A DNA stretch of 54,104 bases from IMG/VR virus record IMGVR_UViG_3300025168_000116, positions 1 through 54,104 of that record; one strand, given 5' to 3'. Positions 18,473 through 29,900 of this stretch are shown piece after piece. This DNA is from a virus. Its lineage: Duplodnaviria > Caudoviricetes. The notes under the pieces are model-generated. The model was not told the origin of the DNA, made no database searches, and saw only the letters and a program-made list of their open reading frames with translations. The position numbers and the translations under genes were made by a program. Each line of letters starts with the position of its first letter. The first letter of the stretch is position 1.

Positions 18473-20461
18473 ATGAGTAAACTAACATTCCCATCTATAG
18501 AATTTACAAGTGAGTTGTCAGTAAGGTCTAACTCTACATGGACTATTGGACTGCAAGATTTAGGCAGTGGGGTTAATATAGTTAAAATAAACGATGTACT
18601 TATAGGGTCTGGAACCTATCAAGGGTCTGGAGATGAAAGGGTTCGTATTACTTTTCTAGCTAACTCAACAGGTTCTAACAGGTCTGTACAATTAAATTTA
18701 ATTTCTACTACAACAAGTATTATTACTTTGACACAAGCAAAAAGTATAAGTCTAACAAGAATTGTAGCTGTAGTAAATAACAATGAAGATAATGGTAATA
18801 CCGCTACTCAAGCTTATGACTTTACTAGTAACACAGGTTCTGATATACAATTTACTAACACAGTGTTTGACGATAACAATACCTGTCTTTACAATTTATA
18901 CTCGAACTACGAAGGGTTTGAATCCGTTCCTTCAGATGGAGATACAATACAAATGAAAGCTTATGAAGCTGGAACATCAACCCAGCAACCTTTCTCTTCA
19001 TCTTTAGGTAATAGAATGCTTAATCTTGTTAGTAACACTTTGTATGGTCCTGAAGATATTACTACAATGCTTTCTTTAGCAACTAATGTTACTCCCACCT
19101 TATCAGCTGGTGTGTACACTTCTAGCTTTACTTATACTAGAGGGTCAAATAAGTATTTGTATTTGTTGTATGACTATAAGAATAACATAACTGCTGCTGG
19201 AGCTACAGTGTCAATGGCTGCTGGTGTAACTAATGGTACTACTACTAATATGAAGATTGACTTTACCGCTAATGCTGGTAACGTTAGACTGGATTACGAT
19301 GCTAATTCCACAGCTAATACTTTTATATTAAAACAAAATAACATAGAAATATTCAATTCAGGTTCTGTAACTGGAGCAGGTATAATTACTTTTTTGAAAA
19401 CAAGCAACACGTCAAACGTTTATGACTTGCAAGTATTAAGTACTGGGGTAGATGACGGATGGTCTATAGTTCCTAATTTATCTACATTAACATCCTTTAG
19501 TATAGATACTACAGGAACTACGTTAGCTAATGTTTGTGCTAATACAGCAAGCAATACTAAGTATCATAATGGTTCTGCTGCTTTACCTATTGTAGGAGAT
19601 GTAGTTTACGAAAACCCAACAGGTACATCTTTATTTGATGGTGGAAACACCTTTCATAAAGTATCTACTAATGATTATGCTTTAATTAATTCAAGTGGTA
19701 TAGTTGTTATTTTTGGAAATTGCACTACATGTTCTGAAACTGCTATCCCTGTTATTAATACTACTTCATTAACAATTACACAAGGAGATAGTATAAATTT
19801 ACAACTAGATGTAACAAACAACCCTGAAGATTTCAACATAATATCATCTTGCAATAGTTATAGTCTATTAGGAGGAACTAAAGGAGCTGTGTTTACCATA
19901 ACTGACTGTGATAGCGGATCAAGTTTAAATGTAACTGTTGCATCAGAAAGCTCATCAAATGTTTGTTCTTCTTCTTCACCTGTATTGGTTAGTGGAACAG
20001 GGACCTTTGCATCTCTTGGAGTTTGTGGAATAGAAGCTTTGCCAAATGGTATTAGTTTAGATACTTCTACTGGAGTATTAAGTGGTTCTATAAATATAAC
20101 AGGAATTTATACTTTTAACATAACAGCAACTAATTGCTTTGGAACGAGTGCTAGCACTGCTATAACTTTAATAGTTAATCCTGACACAATTTTGAGAAGA
20201 TATAATATGGATATATCAAATCCATCTAACACAAGTACTTTAGCGTGTGCTGTTACTCCTTCATATGCTCAGATGTATCACAATGGTGCAAAAGATTATC
20301 CAGAAGTCAATGATTTTATTTATACTTTTGTAGAGACTAAACAAGTTATTTACAATGGAGGTTATAAATATTACATTACTGACGAGTTAACTGGAGGTAA
20401 GAATAATATATTAAGAATAGATAGTGTAGGTCAAGTAGTAGAAAAAGTAGTTTGCCCCTAA
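18473..20461 (+). CDS. Ser/Thr-rich virion adhesin with BACON-like and Ig-like (He_PIG-like) domains
   Basis: N-terminal SVRSNSTWTI...GSG...ANSTGSNRS...ITLTQA, then LPNGISLDTSTGVLSG...YTFNITATN, and two YHNG...P.VxD modules. Confidence 0.65.
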   Translation: MSKLTFPSIEFTSELSVRSNSTWTIGLQDLGSGVNIVKINDVLIGSGTYQGSGDERVRITFLANSTGSNRSVQLNLISTTTSIITLTQAKSISLTRIVAVVNNNEDNGNTATQAYDFTSNTGSDIQFTNTVFDDNNTCLYNLYSNYEGFESVPSDGDTIQMKAYEAGTSTQQPFSSSLGNRMLNLVSNTLYGPEDITTMLSLATNVTPTLSAGVYTSSFTYTRGSNKYLYLLYDYKNNITAAGATVSMAAGVTNGTTTNMKIDFTANAGNVRLDYDANSTANTFILKQNNIEIFNSGSVTGAGIITFLKTSNTSNVYDLQVLSTGVDDGWSIVPNLSTLTSFSIDTTGTTLANVCANTASNTKYHNGSAALPIVGDVVYENPTGTSLFDGGNTFHKVSTNDYALINSSGIVVIFGNCTTCSETAIPVINTTSLTITQGDSINLQLDVTNNPEDFNIISSCNSYSLLGGTKGAVFTITDCDSGSSLNVTVASESSSNVCSSSSPVLVSGTGTFASLGVCGIEALPNGISLDTSTGVLSGSINITGIYTFNITATNCFGTSASTAITLIVNPDTILRRYNMDISNPSNTSTLACAVTPSYAQMYHNGAKDYPEVNDFIYTFVETKQVIYNGGYKYYITDELTGGKNNILRIDSVGQVVEKVVCP

Positions 20462-20470
20462 ATAAAAAAT

Positions 20471-21211
20471 ATGCCTAGTTATACCTTAACATTTTCAGAT
20501 ACAGATCAAGGTTGGACATCGTTTCATTCCTTTATTCCAGAAAATATGGTGTTTATGGATAATAACTACTATACATTTAAAGGAGGTGAGTTATACAAGC
20601 ATTACTCTAACAATACAAGAAACCAATATTATGGGGGAGCTGCTGCAACTTCTACAGTAACATCTGTTTTAAATGATGCACCTACCGAAGCTAAGATGTT
20701 TAAGACGGTACAATTAAATAGTAATAGAGCGTGGAGTACTGATATAACAACAGATATGACTACTGGTTTTATTGACTCTACTGCTTACACTTTGAAAGAA
20801 GGTGACTACTATGCTTATATAAAAAGAGTTGCTGGTAATACAGACTTAAGTTTAATGTCAGCGCAAGGTGTGGGTGAAGTAACAAGCGTAGCTGGAACAT
20901 CTCCAGGTAGTTTAACACTTACATTTAATTTTGATATAGGTAGTATAATTGCAGTTGGAGATAAATTATATAGAGATAACTCAGGTATTGAACTTATAGG
21001 AACTATAACTGGTTTAACTAATACCACAATTACTGTAGCTGTTTCTTCAATTACTCCTGTTGCTGGTAATTTTATACTGTATTTAAAAGACGCACAGGCT
21101 GAATCATATGGATCAAGAGGGTATTATATGGAATTAAAACTTACCTATGCAGGTACGGATGGTGTTGAATTGTTTTCAATAGACAGTGAGATATTTAAAA
21201 GTTTTCCTTAA
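20471..21211 (+). CDS. Tail nozzle C-terminal part as separate gene
   Basis: TLTFS...GWTSFHSFIPE...GELYKH...KMFKTV...KEG motifs, which normally form the end of the nozzle protein. Confidence 0.6.
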   Translation: MPSYTLTFSDTDQGWTSFHSFIPENMVFMDNNYYTFKGGELYKHYSNNTRNQYYGGAAATSTVTSVLNDAPTEAKMFKTVQLNSNRAWSTDITTDMTTGFIDSTAYTLKEGDYYAYIKRVAGNTDLSLMSAQGVGEVTSVAGTSPGSLTLTFNFDIGSIIAVGDKLYRDNSGIELIGTITGLTNTTITVAVSSITPVAGNFILYLKDAQAESYGSRGYYMELKLTYAGTDGVELFSIDSEIFKSFP

Positions 21212-21216
21212 ATTAG

Positions 21217-21224
21217 TATCTTTG
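21217..21224 (+). promoter_or_regulatory. -7 promoter element TATCTTTG of ejection-protein operon
   Basis: Intergenic TAnnTTTG before ATG 21240. Confidence 0.7.
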
Positions 21225-21239
21225 TAACAAACACAAGAA

Positions 21240-22256
21240 ATGGATTATATTATAGAAATATTTAGTGTTGTATTTAATTTAATGTTCCCTGAAAATGACG
21301 GAACATATACAATGGCTATTGAACCTGCTACAGCTATATTAATAGGAGTAGGAGTATCTAGCTTACTTTCTGGAGGTCAAATGATAGGTGGTAGCAGAAA
21401 AAAAAGAAAAGCTGAACAAGCTCAAGCTAAAGCTACGGCAGATTATGAAAATAAACTTAGAAACATAGAATTTGTTAACAAACTAAAAGCATTGCAAGTT
21501 CCTACAATGGGAGCTGAATTAAGAGAAAGAGGTATAGCAAGAGCTACTACTGGTGCTATAGAAGCAACGCAGGAGGCTGGAGCTGAAGCTGTTTTAGGTG
21601 GTGTTCCTAGAGTAGTTACCGCTGCTGATGCACAATCTGCTGAGATAGCAGCTCAACTAGACCAAATGGCAGTGAGACGTGATGAAGCGGTATTAAGAGA
21701 AGAACAAAGAATAGCTGATCAAAGAGTTGGTATAGAAGGACAAATAGCAGGAATAGATTTAATGAGAGCTCAAGGAGCTGGACAAGCAGCAGCTGATGCT
21801 CAAGCACAATTTAATGCTGGTGCTATGGGGTTAGCACAAACTGGCACTAGTATGGCAGTTGCGGGTCTTCAAGCTCAAAACCCTTATGGTAAACAGCCCC
21901 CAACTAGTCCAATCAACACTACAGGTGGTGTAGCACCTAAAATGTCGCTTGGTGTAAACACTAATTTATCTCCAGGTAATGCCTTAAATCAAGCTGGAGT
22001 GAGTAGCTTCTTCACTAATTTTAGAACACCTAATCTACAATTACAAGGATTACAACCTACACCTCCGTTATCTTTAACTTCTGCTAGTCCTTATTCAGGG
22101 TTACAATCTCAACAACCTGATTTTATACCGTCTTCAACGGCTGGAGTAAGGTTTCCTTCACCATCAACAGCTATAGGACTACAGATACCAACAACATCTT
22201 CAGTAACAGGAGGTCCAGTTTTAGATTATACTTATAATCCATATTTACAACAATAA
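21240..22256 (+). CDS. Putative ejection (pilot) protein 1; alternative start 21312
   Basis: Hydrophobic Gly/Ala N-terminal helix, then an A/Q coiled-coil and a disordered P/S/T tail. Position after the tail genes. Confidence 0.6.
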   Translation: MDYIIEIFSVVFNLMFPENDGTYTMAIEPATAILIGVGVSSLLSGGQMIGGSRKKRKAEQAQAKATADYENKLRNIEFVNKLKALQVPTMGAELRERGIARATTGAIEATQEAGAEAVLGGVPRVVTAADAQSAEIAAQLDQMAVRRDEAVLREEQRIADQRVGIEGQIAGIDLMRAQGAGQAAADAQAQFNAGAMGLAQTGTSMAVAGLQAQNPYGKQPPTSPINTTGGVAPKMSLGVNTNLSPGNALNQAGVSSFFTNFRTPNLQLQGLQPTPPLSLTSASPYSGLQSQQPDFIPSSTAGVRFPSPSTAIGLQIPTTSSVTGGPVLDYTYNPYLQQ

Positions 22257-22268
22257 TCAAAAAATATT

Positions 22269-23981
22269 ATGGCAGAATACGCAGGTTATGTAAAGAGAGG
22301 AACTCCAATAAATTGGGGAACTGTTGCTAATGATTTAGTTGAAAAGATAGGTAATGTAGAAAAGGAACAGGCTGCATTTAGAGACAAGTATGATTCTATA
22401 GCAGCTAAGACATCAGCAGAAATAGGTAAGTATGAGGCTGGTCAATCTCCACAGTTAAATGACTTAGCTTATAATATGATAGCAGATGGAAGAACTACAC
22501 TGTCTGCACTACACGAAAAATTAAAAAGAAGAGAGATTAGTCCAGACGCTTTTAACAGAGCAGCTATGTCAATGCAAACTCAAAACCAAGAGTTTAAAAC
22601 TATGTTAGGTACGTACAACGCTAATGTAGCTGATCTTGAAAAAGGAATAAGTGATGGTACATTAAGTAGTTTATCTGACTTTCAATTAGATGTGTATCAG
22701 GATATTTCTGACTTAAGTAATAAAAAATTTCAATGGGCTTCTAACCCAGATGGTATAACTAACTTATACGTTAATACAATAGATAAGGATGGTAATCCTG
22801 TTAAGCAACCAATGTCTTTAAGCTCAATAAGAGATATGGGTAATATGAGATACGAAAAGTATGACATCGACACTAGCTTAGCTAAGTCTATTAAATCTTT
22901 AGGCGTGTATGATCTTAATAATATTTCAGACGCTAGAGATAACCCTCAGTATGAGAAATGGAAAACATCATTAATAAATGACGCTACTATAGGAAACAGA
23001 GCAGCTACTATTCTAGCTGACTACGGTGACTTTGTTCCTTATAAACAAGGTGACGACATACCTGAAGATGAGAGTGGTAATAAGATTGGTATTGAAATGG
23101 TATTAAAACCTAATGGTCAGTACGAACCAAACATTACTCCAGATTTAAGAGACAAAGCTAAAACAATAGTTGACGAAAGTATAGAAGCTAGAGTAGGTAG
23201 AACAGAAACTATAGACTATGAAGGTCAAAGGCTTGAATTAGCAAAAGAAAAAGCTGAAGAACAAAAGAATAAAAAACCACCTTCAAAATTTAAACCAGAA
23301 GATATAGAGGGTTTTAAAACAGCTCATGAAATAACAAGATTAGCTTCTGCAGGAAAAGACTTTACGGGGATGGACACTAAACAATACTTGTTTGAAACAG
23401 AAGGCGACAAAGGTATAAACGTTTATAGTTTAAGTGATGGAGGTACGAAAGGTCAGTTATTAACAAAAAATCCACTGCCTTTTGGAACAGAAAAAACTCA
23501 AAGAGTATTATCAAAATATACTAAAGAGTTTGGTAATAAGCCTCAAGCTAATTGGGATCTTATAAATAAACAGTTAAAAAAAGAAAGTCCTAAAAGCGCT
23601 GGAGATGTACAAGTAAACGTAAAAGAAGTTGCTAAAGTTGTAGAGCCTTTTAAGCCTAGTCAGACACAAACTATCGCTATAGAAAATATATATAGTAATG
23701 ATATGGATGTAACTGGTTATGCTAGTGATAGAAACAAAAGAGCTGCTAGAGAATCATTAACAGAATTTTTGGAGCCTTTAGTTGGTGAAAACAATTTAGT
23801 TATAAGTCTTGCTGATGGTAACAATATTTCTGTAAAAATAAAAGGTCAAGAAATTGGTAAAATGGATTTAAAAGACGGTTCAGAAGATGATCTTAAAAAA
23901 ATAATATCAGATGCAGTTAAAAAGTCTAAGGAAGGGACTGAGTTTGCTATAGAAACTGCTTCAGATAATAACTTCGGATAA
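22269..23981 (+). CDS. Putative ejection protein 2
   Basis: 570-aa ORF between the pilot-like and giant ORFs. Confidence 0.6.
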   Translation: MAEYAGYVKRGTPINWGTVANDLVEKIGNVEKEQAAFRDKYDSIAAKTSAEIGKYEAGQSPQLNDLAYNMIADGRTTLSALHEKLKRREISPDAFNRAAMSMQTQNQEFKTMLGTYNANVADLEKGISDGTLSSLSDFQLDVYQDISDLSNKKFQWASNPDGITNLYVNTIDKDGNPVKQPMSLSSIRDMGNMRYEKYDIDTSLAKSIKSLGVYDLNNISDARDNPQYEKWKTSLINDATIGNRAATILADYGDFVPYKQGDDIPEDESGNKIGIEMVLKPNGQYEPNITPDLRDKAKTIVDESIEARVGRTETIDYEGQRLELAKEKAEEQKNKKPPSKFKPEDIEGFKTAHEITRLASAGKDFTGMDTKQYLFETEGDKGINVYSLSDGGTKGQLLTKNPLPFGTEKTQRVLSKYTKEFGNKPQANWDLINKQLKKESPKSAGDVQVNVKEVAKVVEPFKPSQTQTIAIENIYSNDMDVTGYASDRNKRAARESLTEFLEPLVGENNLVISLADGNNISVKIKGQEIGKMDLKDGSEDDLKKIISDAVKKSKEGTEFAIETASDNNFG

Positions 23982-23982
23982 T

Positions 23983-26900
23983 ATGGATGATAAAAGATTA
24001 AATAACATATGGAGTCATCTTACGGAAGAAAAGTTAACATCTAGTGATTTTGATACTTGGAAAAAAAACTTTACTGAATCTGAAACAATTCAAGAAAATA
24101 TACATTCTCATTTAACGTCAAGACAATTAACCTCTAGTGATATAAATACTTGGAAGAAAAATTTAGGTTTTTTTTTACCCCAAGACAAAGAGGATTTGGT
24201 TTCAAATACAAAGGAAGTTACTATTACTTCGGCATCAGACGAGGTTCAAGCTCCTCAACTTTCGGCATCTTCAAATTCAAGCGAACCTCTTCCAGACGCA
24301 TTTGAGTTTCCTACAACTGTAACACCTGGCATCGTACCGACAAAAGAAAAGGAAGGCATAGTTTCAGATGAGGATTTAGAAAGAATAAAACAAGAAACCG
24401 TAATATCTTTTAAAGATAAAGAAGGTAATATAGTTGGAGAAAGAAAAGGAGGTTTAACAGACAGAGAGGGTAAGTATTATCAAGATAAAAATATAAGTGA
24501 ATTTGGTAGGGGGTTAATGAAAGATGATCGAGACGTTGAAGATATAGAGGCGGATCAAAAAAAATCTGAATTAAAACAAAAAGTAGAAGATGTAGATAAA
24601 TCTATATACGACATAAATTTAGAAATGAGTGGTCTTCTGAATCAACGTATAGGTAAAGAAGTGGTTAAACTAAAACCTAAGCAATTAAAAGGACAAGAGA
24701 AATTAGATTACGAAAAACTATTAAAAAGAAAAGAGCAATCTAAAAAAGACTTAATACAGGCTAAAAAAGATTTTACTGATTATAAACCTAAAGGGTATGA
24801 AGAGGTAAGAATATACGACATATCTACTGGAAAATATGTAGATGGTTTAAATCAAGTCAGTGATGAAGGTAAGAAGTTACTAGAGGAAAGAGATGAAAAA
24901 ATAAATAAATATCAAGGTTCTGACTTAGAATCTTTAAAAGAGTTTAAAAATGAATCCTACTACAGGCTACTAAATATAGCTAAAAGAGTAAAGGATGGTA
25001 AGAATGCGGTAGCAGATGATAGATATACTCTTCAAAAAATAGCAGAAGGAATGGAAAGCTTAATACCGCTTGGAGGTGTTCAGCAATCTTCATTTGTAGA
25101 TGTTGTAGAAATGTTTCCAGATCCTGAAGATAAACAGTTTAAAGAAGGGTTTCCTAATTACACTATTAAAAGTAGTCATCCGCTAGCTCAAGAATATAAC
25201 GCTGCTTTAAATGACTTTTACGCCTTAAACACTGCTGTAGATTTAAATAGAAATCAAGCCTTATCTGGTAGTGAGTATGATAACTCATGGAAAAGTGGTG
25301 CTCAATTCGTTGAAGGATTTGGTCAAATGTTTTATGGTCCTGGAGCTGGTTTTGATTCATATAAAACTTCTGTGAAAAAACCTTTTGTTGATGCAATACA
25401 AAACATTGGATTAGAAGGAGAAGAAGTAGCTAAAATGGAAGAGGCTATTGAAACTACTTGGGGTGAAGAAACAGCGACTATAGGAGGAAACATAGCTGGA
25501 ATGGTAACTCAAATGGCTGGTCCTAATAAGCTTTTAGCGTTAACTAAAATACCTAAACTGCTTCAAGCAGGTAATGTTTTGACTAAAGCTAAGTATGGTA
25601 AATGGGCAGCAGCTCCTTATAGTATATTGCAACATGGTGGTACGGAAGCTGGTAAGTTTTACCTTACTGGAAAGATGTATAACAATGAAGAGTATTACGA
25701 TCCTGAACTTGGTTTTGCTTTTGGAGCTTTAACACCAGTCGCTCAAGCTGGAAGTGTGTTACTTTCAAAAGTTCCTGGAGCTCAAATAATAGATGCTACT
25801 TTAACTAATGCTATGCCTAATATATATAAAGGAGGTAAATATATAGGTAGTAAATCAGCTCAAGCTACTGGGGGGGTTGGTATTGCTTATGGTGCTGAAA
25901 TAGCAGATAAAGTTGTAGCTAAAGGTCATGAACTTGGAGAGTCTTGGGATGAAGTTATATATGGTAAAACAGAAGCTAATCCAGAAGGTGTAGATCCAAT
26001 AAGAAAAGCTTCTACATTATGGGCTGTAATGTTTGCAAGTGGTTTAGCTCAGAAGCCACAGAATAAACCTTTACACGATCAACTTACTAAAGATTTAGTT
26101 GACGCAAAATATAAAGAAGTTAATTCTAAAGTATTAGAAAAAGCAGAGCAAATAGAAAAATCAGGGACTAAAGAAGAAAAATCAGAACTAAAAAAAGCAA
26201 GAGAAAATGCTGACTTTAACGTTCAGCTTAAGGGTATAAAAACTCAAATTGAAGAAATACAAAGATCAGAGTCTGAAGCTGCTAATCAAACAGACGCTTT
26301 AAAGTCTATTATGGATCAGGTAATTAAAAGACCTAAAAAACCCCCAGGAGAACCAGGTGGAGCTGGAGACGTAGTATTAAGTAAAGATCAGCTATCTGCT
26401 TTAGATAAGGCTGGTCCTATTCAACTTAAAAATATGGAGCTGATAATAAAAAAGAGCGTCAAAGGGGGTAGTATAACACCTGAACAAGGCCAATCAGTTA
26501 TCAACGAAATAACAAATGTAAAAAACATATCCAGAAAAATAAATGTAGAGAACACTAATAAAAGTAGTGCAATAGAAGAGTTATATTTAGAAAAACAAAA
26601 GTTAGAGAGTGAATTACCTAGCGAAAGTAATATAATAAACGGAGGTAAAGAAACTGCGAAAGCAGAAGCTAATAAGAAAAGAATAGAAGAAATAGATGGT
26701 GAAATAAAAAAAATAGCAGAAACTCCAGAATCAACTACAGATTTATTAACTGACTTAATAGGAAATCCTAAGAGACAAGAGCAAACAATACGGAACGAAC
26801 AATGGAGAAAAGAAAACCCAGAACTAGTAAAAGAAATTGCTAATAAAACAGACTTAATAAACGGAGAAGGCAAGACTATAGATAAAGCTTTAGAAGAACT

Positions 26901-29900
26901 ATCTAAAGAATATAAAGAACCTAAGACAGAAGAAATAACTGTAGAAGACAAAAGTGTTGTTACACCAGAAACATTTGAAGTAAAGTCAAAAGAGGGAGAG
27001 GGTTCTAAGACTATTGAGGTTATTAAGAATGAAGATGGTAGTAGAAGTATTTCTCAAAAAGTAGATGGTAAAGAAGTGTCTTCAGACAATATACCAAAAG
27101 AAAATACTGTAGATACACAAAAGTATATAGAAGGAACATTTGGAGAAATACTACCTAAAGCTAAGGAAACTACAGAAGTTAAGAAAGATGTTCAGCCTGT
27201 TCAGCCTCTTAAAACTAAAAAACCTGTAAGTAAAAAACCAATTGGTATTGAAGCTATTGAAAAGTTTGATAAGTTAAAATCAGAAGGTGTTAGTACAGAA
27301 AACATAGTAAGAGAACTAACTAAAGGAAACTATAGCGAGAGGGTAATTAAGAAAACACTAGATAATGCTGGTATTGAGTACAGCTCTAGGTTAAAAACTC
27401 AAGTAGAGTTGTCTAAATTAAAGGATCAATTAACTACTGAAGGTAGAGGGGCTGAGAAAGGATTGGAATTAAACAAGGAGACAGTCGATAGAATAGCTAA
27501 GGTTGTAGATAGGGTAGCTAAAGAAGTTAAAAATATAGATCAAAAATTTTCTATAAAAGCTAAAGAAGCTAAACAACTATTAAAAGGATCAGCTAGAAAA
27601 GATTTAACTATAGATAAGGCTGATGAGATTGTAAAAGATATGACTAAAGCTCTTGAAAAAATAGGTCAAGAAAGCTTAATAAAAGGAATTAATAAAACCA
27701 TTAAAGATTCTAAAAGTAAAGATAAATCAAAAAAAGAAATTAAGTTTTCACCAGAGTCTCAAAAAGCCTTAGATGTTGTTAGAGATATGATTGAGGGTGT
27801 AGATTTAAATAAAGCTACTTATGAGCAAGTTAAAAACATATCTGAGTATGTAAAAGAAATCAAAACCAAAGGTAAAGCAGATAAGGCATTAACAGACAAA
27901 GTATTAAGAGCTGAGAAATCTATAGTAGAAGGCACATCATTAGAGTCTTTATATAAAGATGCTAAGTCAACTGAATTAAAAACAAAAGAAGAGGTAGAAA
28001 AATTTTTAAATAAAGAAACATTTGTTTTATTAGATGGAAAAAGAGTAGATGCTGATTTTATAAAAGATAACCCAGGTACAGACTACACTAATGCTAAAGG
28101 ATATGAAAAGCTATCAGTAACTACAGTGAACAACTTAATAGGGACTAAAGAAAATAAGACTAACAAGCAAGGCATATTAAGCAAACAGTATTGGTTAGGT
28201 GGATTAATAAAAAAAATTGGAGGTCTAAACCCTCTTAAGGCTACTGCTAATGTAGAGACAATATTAGGCAGACTTAAAAAAGGAGAAAGTAATGAGTTTA
28301 AAAAACAAATAGATGACATATCTACTTCTTTAACTAGAGAAGCAGATTATCAAGTAGAGCAAAGACAAGAGCAATCAAAGAAAAAAACAGATAAAATATT
28401 TAAAGACTCTTTCGGTTCCACATCTAAAGGTAATAGACTGTTAAATAAAATAGTACCAAAAGAAATATTTAAAAGACAAAAGGGGTTAACAGAAAAAGAA
28501 TCTATAGGTGTTAAAGCCACAAATGGTGTAGCTGTAGATATATATATAACTGGAGAAGTCTTTAAAAGAAGAGCTGAAAAATTAAGACAAGAAGCTAAAA
28601 ACAAAAATCAAAAAAAGAAAGAAACTGCTGAAAAAAAAGCCAATGATTTAGATAATATATTGGAAACATCAGGGGTTAATGAAAAAGTATTAAAAGATTA
28701 TATAGAGTCCAATAAACAATTAAAAGATTTTGCTGATAAAACTTTAGAGTTTTACAAAGAGATGGGAGATAGTTTTGAACAAACAGCTATAGACGCAACT
28801 GGGAAGCCTTTTTTAAATCCTGACTACTACCCTATATACAGAGAATCAGCTAAGGAAGAAAAGACACAAACTGTAGAAGAAAGAAGTGATGCTGGTGAGT
28901 TTGCTCAAAGAAGCGCTATGGTGGATAGACTAAAAGATGCTGATCCTTATTTATCAGATAATTTAGATATTAATACAGATGTAAGAGATAAAATGAAGGA
29001 CTACGTGGATCAAATGAGTCATGCAGAATCTTACATTCCTATATCTCAAAAAATAAACCAAGTCATAAATGCCGCGACAAAGGGTAAGATTATAAAAAAA
29101 ATTGGTAAAGAAAATTACGAAAACTTAATGGATAATCTTGACGCTATTATAGATGTAAACTATAACAAGTCTCACGATCAAATGAAATTTTTGCAGAAAA
29201 TAAACAGACTAGGGGTTGTGATAACATTAGCCGCTAAACCAGCTAACTTAATAAAGCAAATAACATCTGCTACTCACTGGGGGTATGCTGGATTAAAAGA
29301 TGGAATAACTACAGCAGAGGTTTGGTCTCCACTAGCTGAAATACCATTTAACAAGGAGTATAGAAAAGTTGCTTATGATGTAGTAACGAGTCCGTATGTA
29401 AGAAACAGAATAAGAAAAAGCGATATAGATCCAGTGCTTAAAAAAGATTTACTAGACATTAGAAATCAACCACTAGAAGCCGCATGGAGGAGAATAGAGC
29501 AGTTGGCAATGTCTCCAATAACATTAGGGGATATAGGTGGTGTTTTAGGGGGTGGTGTTCCTTACAGCGTAGCTAAATACAAGAAAATAAAGACTACTCC
29601 AAAGGGAGAGTTTGATGTTAAAGCTTTTGAAGAGGCTTACAAAAGATTCAGAGAAGAATCAAGTACAGCACAGCAATCAGGTAAAGCATTTACAACAGGT
29701 AAACAGCAAAGAACCGCAATAGGAAAATTACTAACTACTTACAAAACATCCCAAACTCAAGCCTTAAATAAAACTATGCAGGGATGGTTAGAAATGACGG
29801 ATAAAACAAATACTACAGCTCAAAGGAGAAAAGGATTTTTCAAGTGGCAAAAATTTATGAGAGCATCATTGCTGTTTCAAGCTGTTGGAACAGGAGCTGC

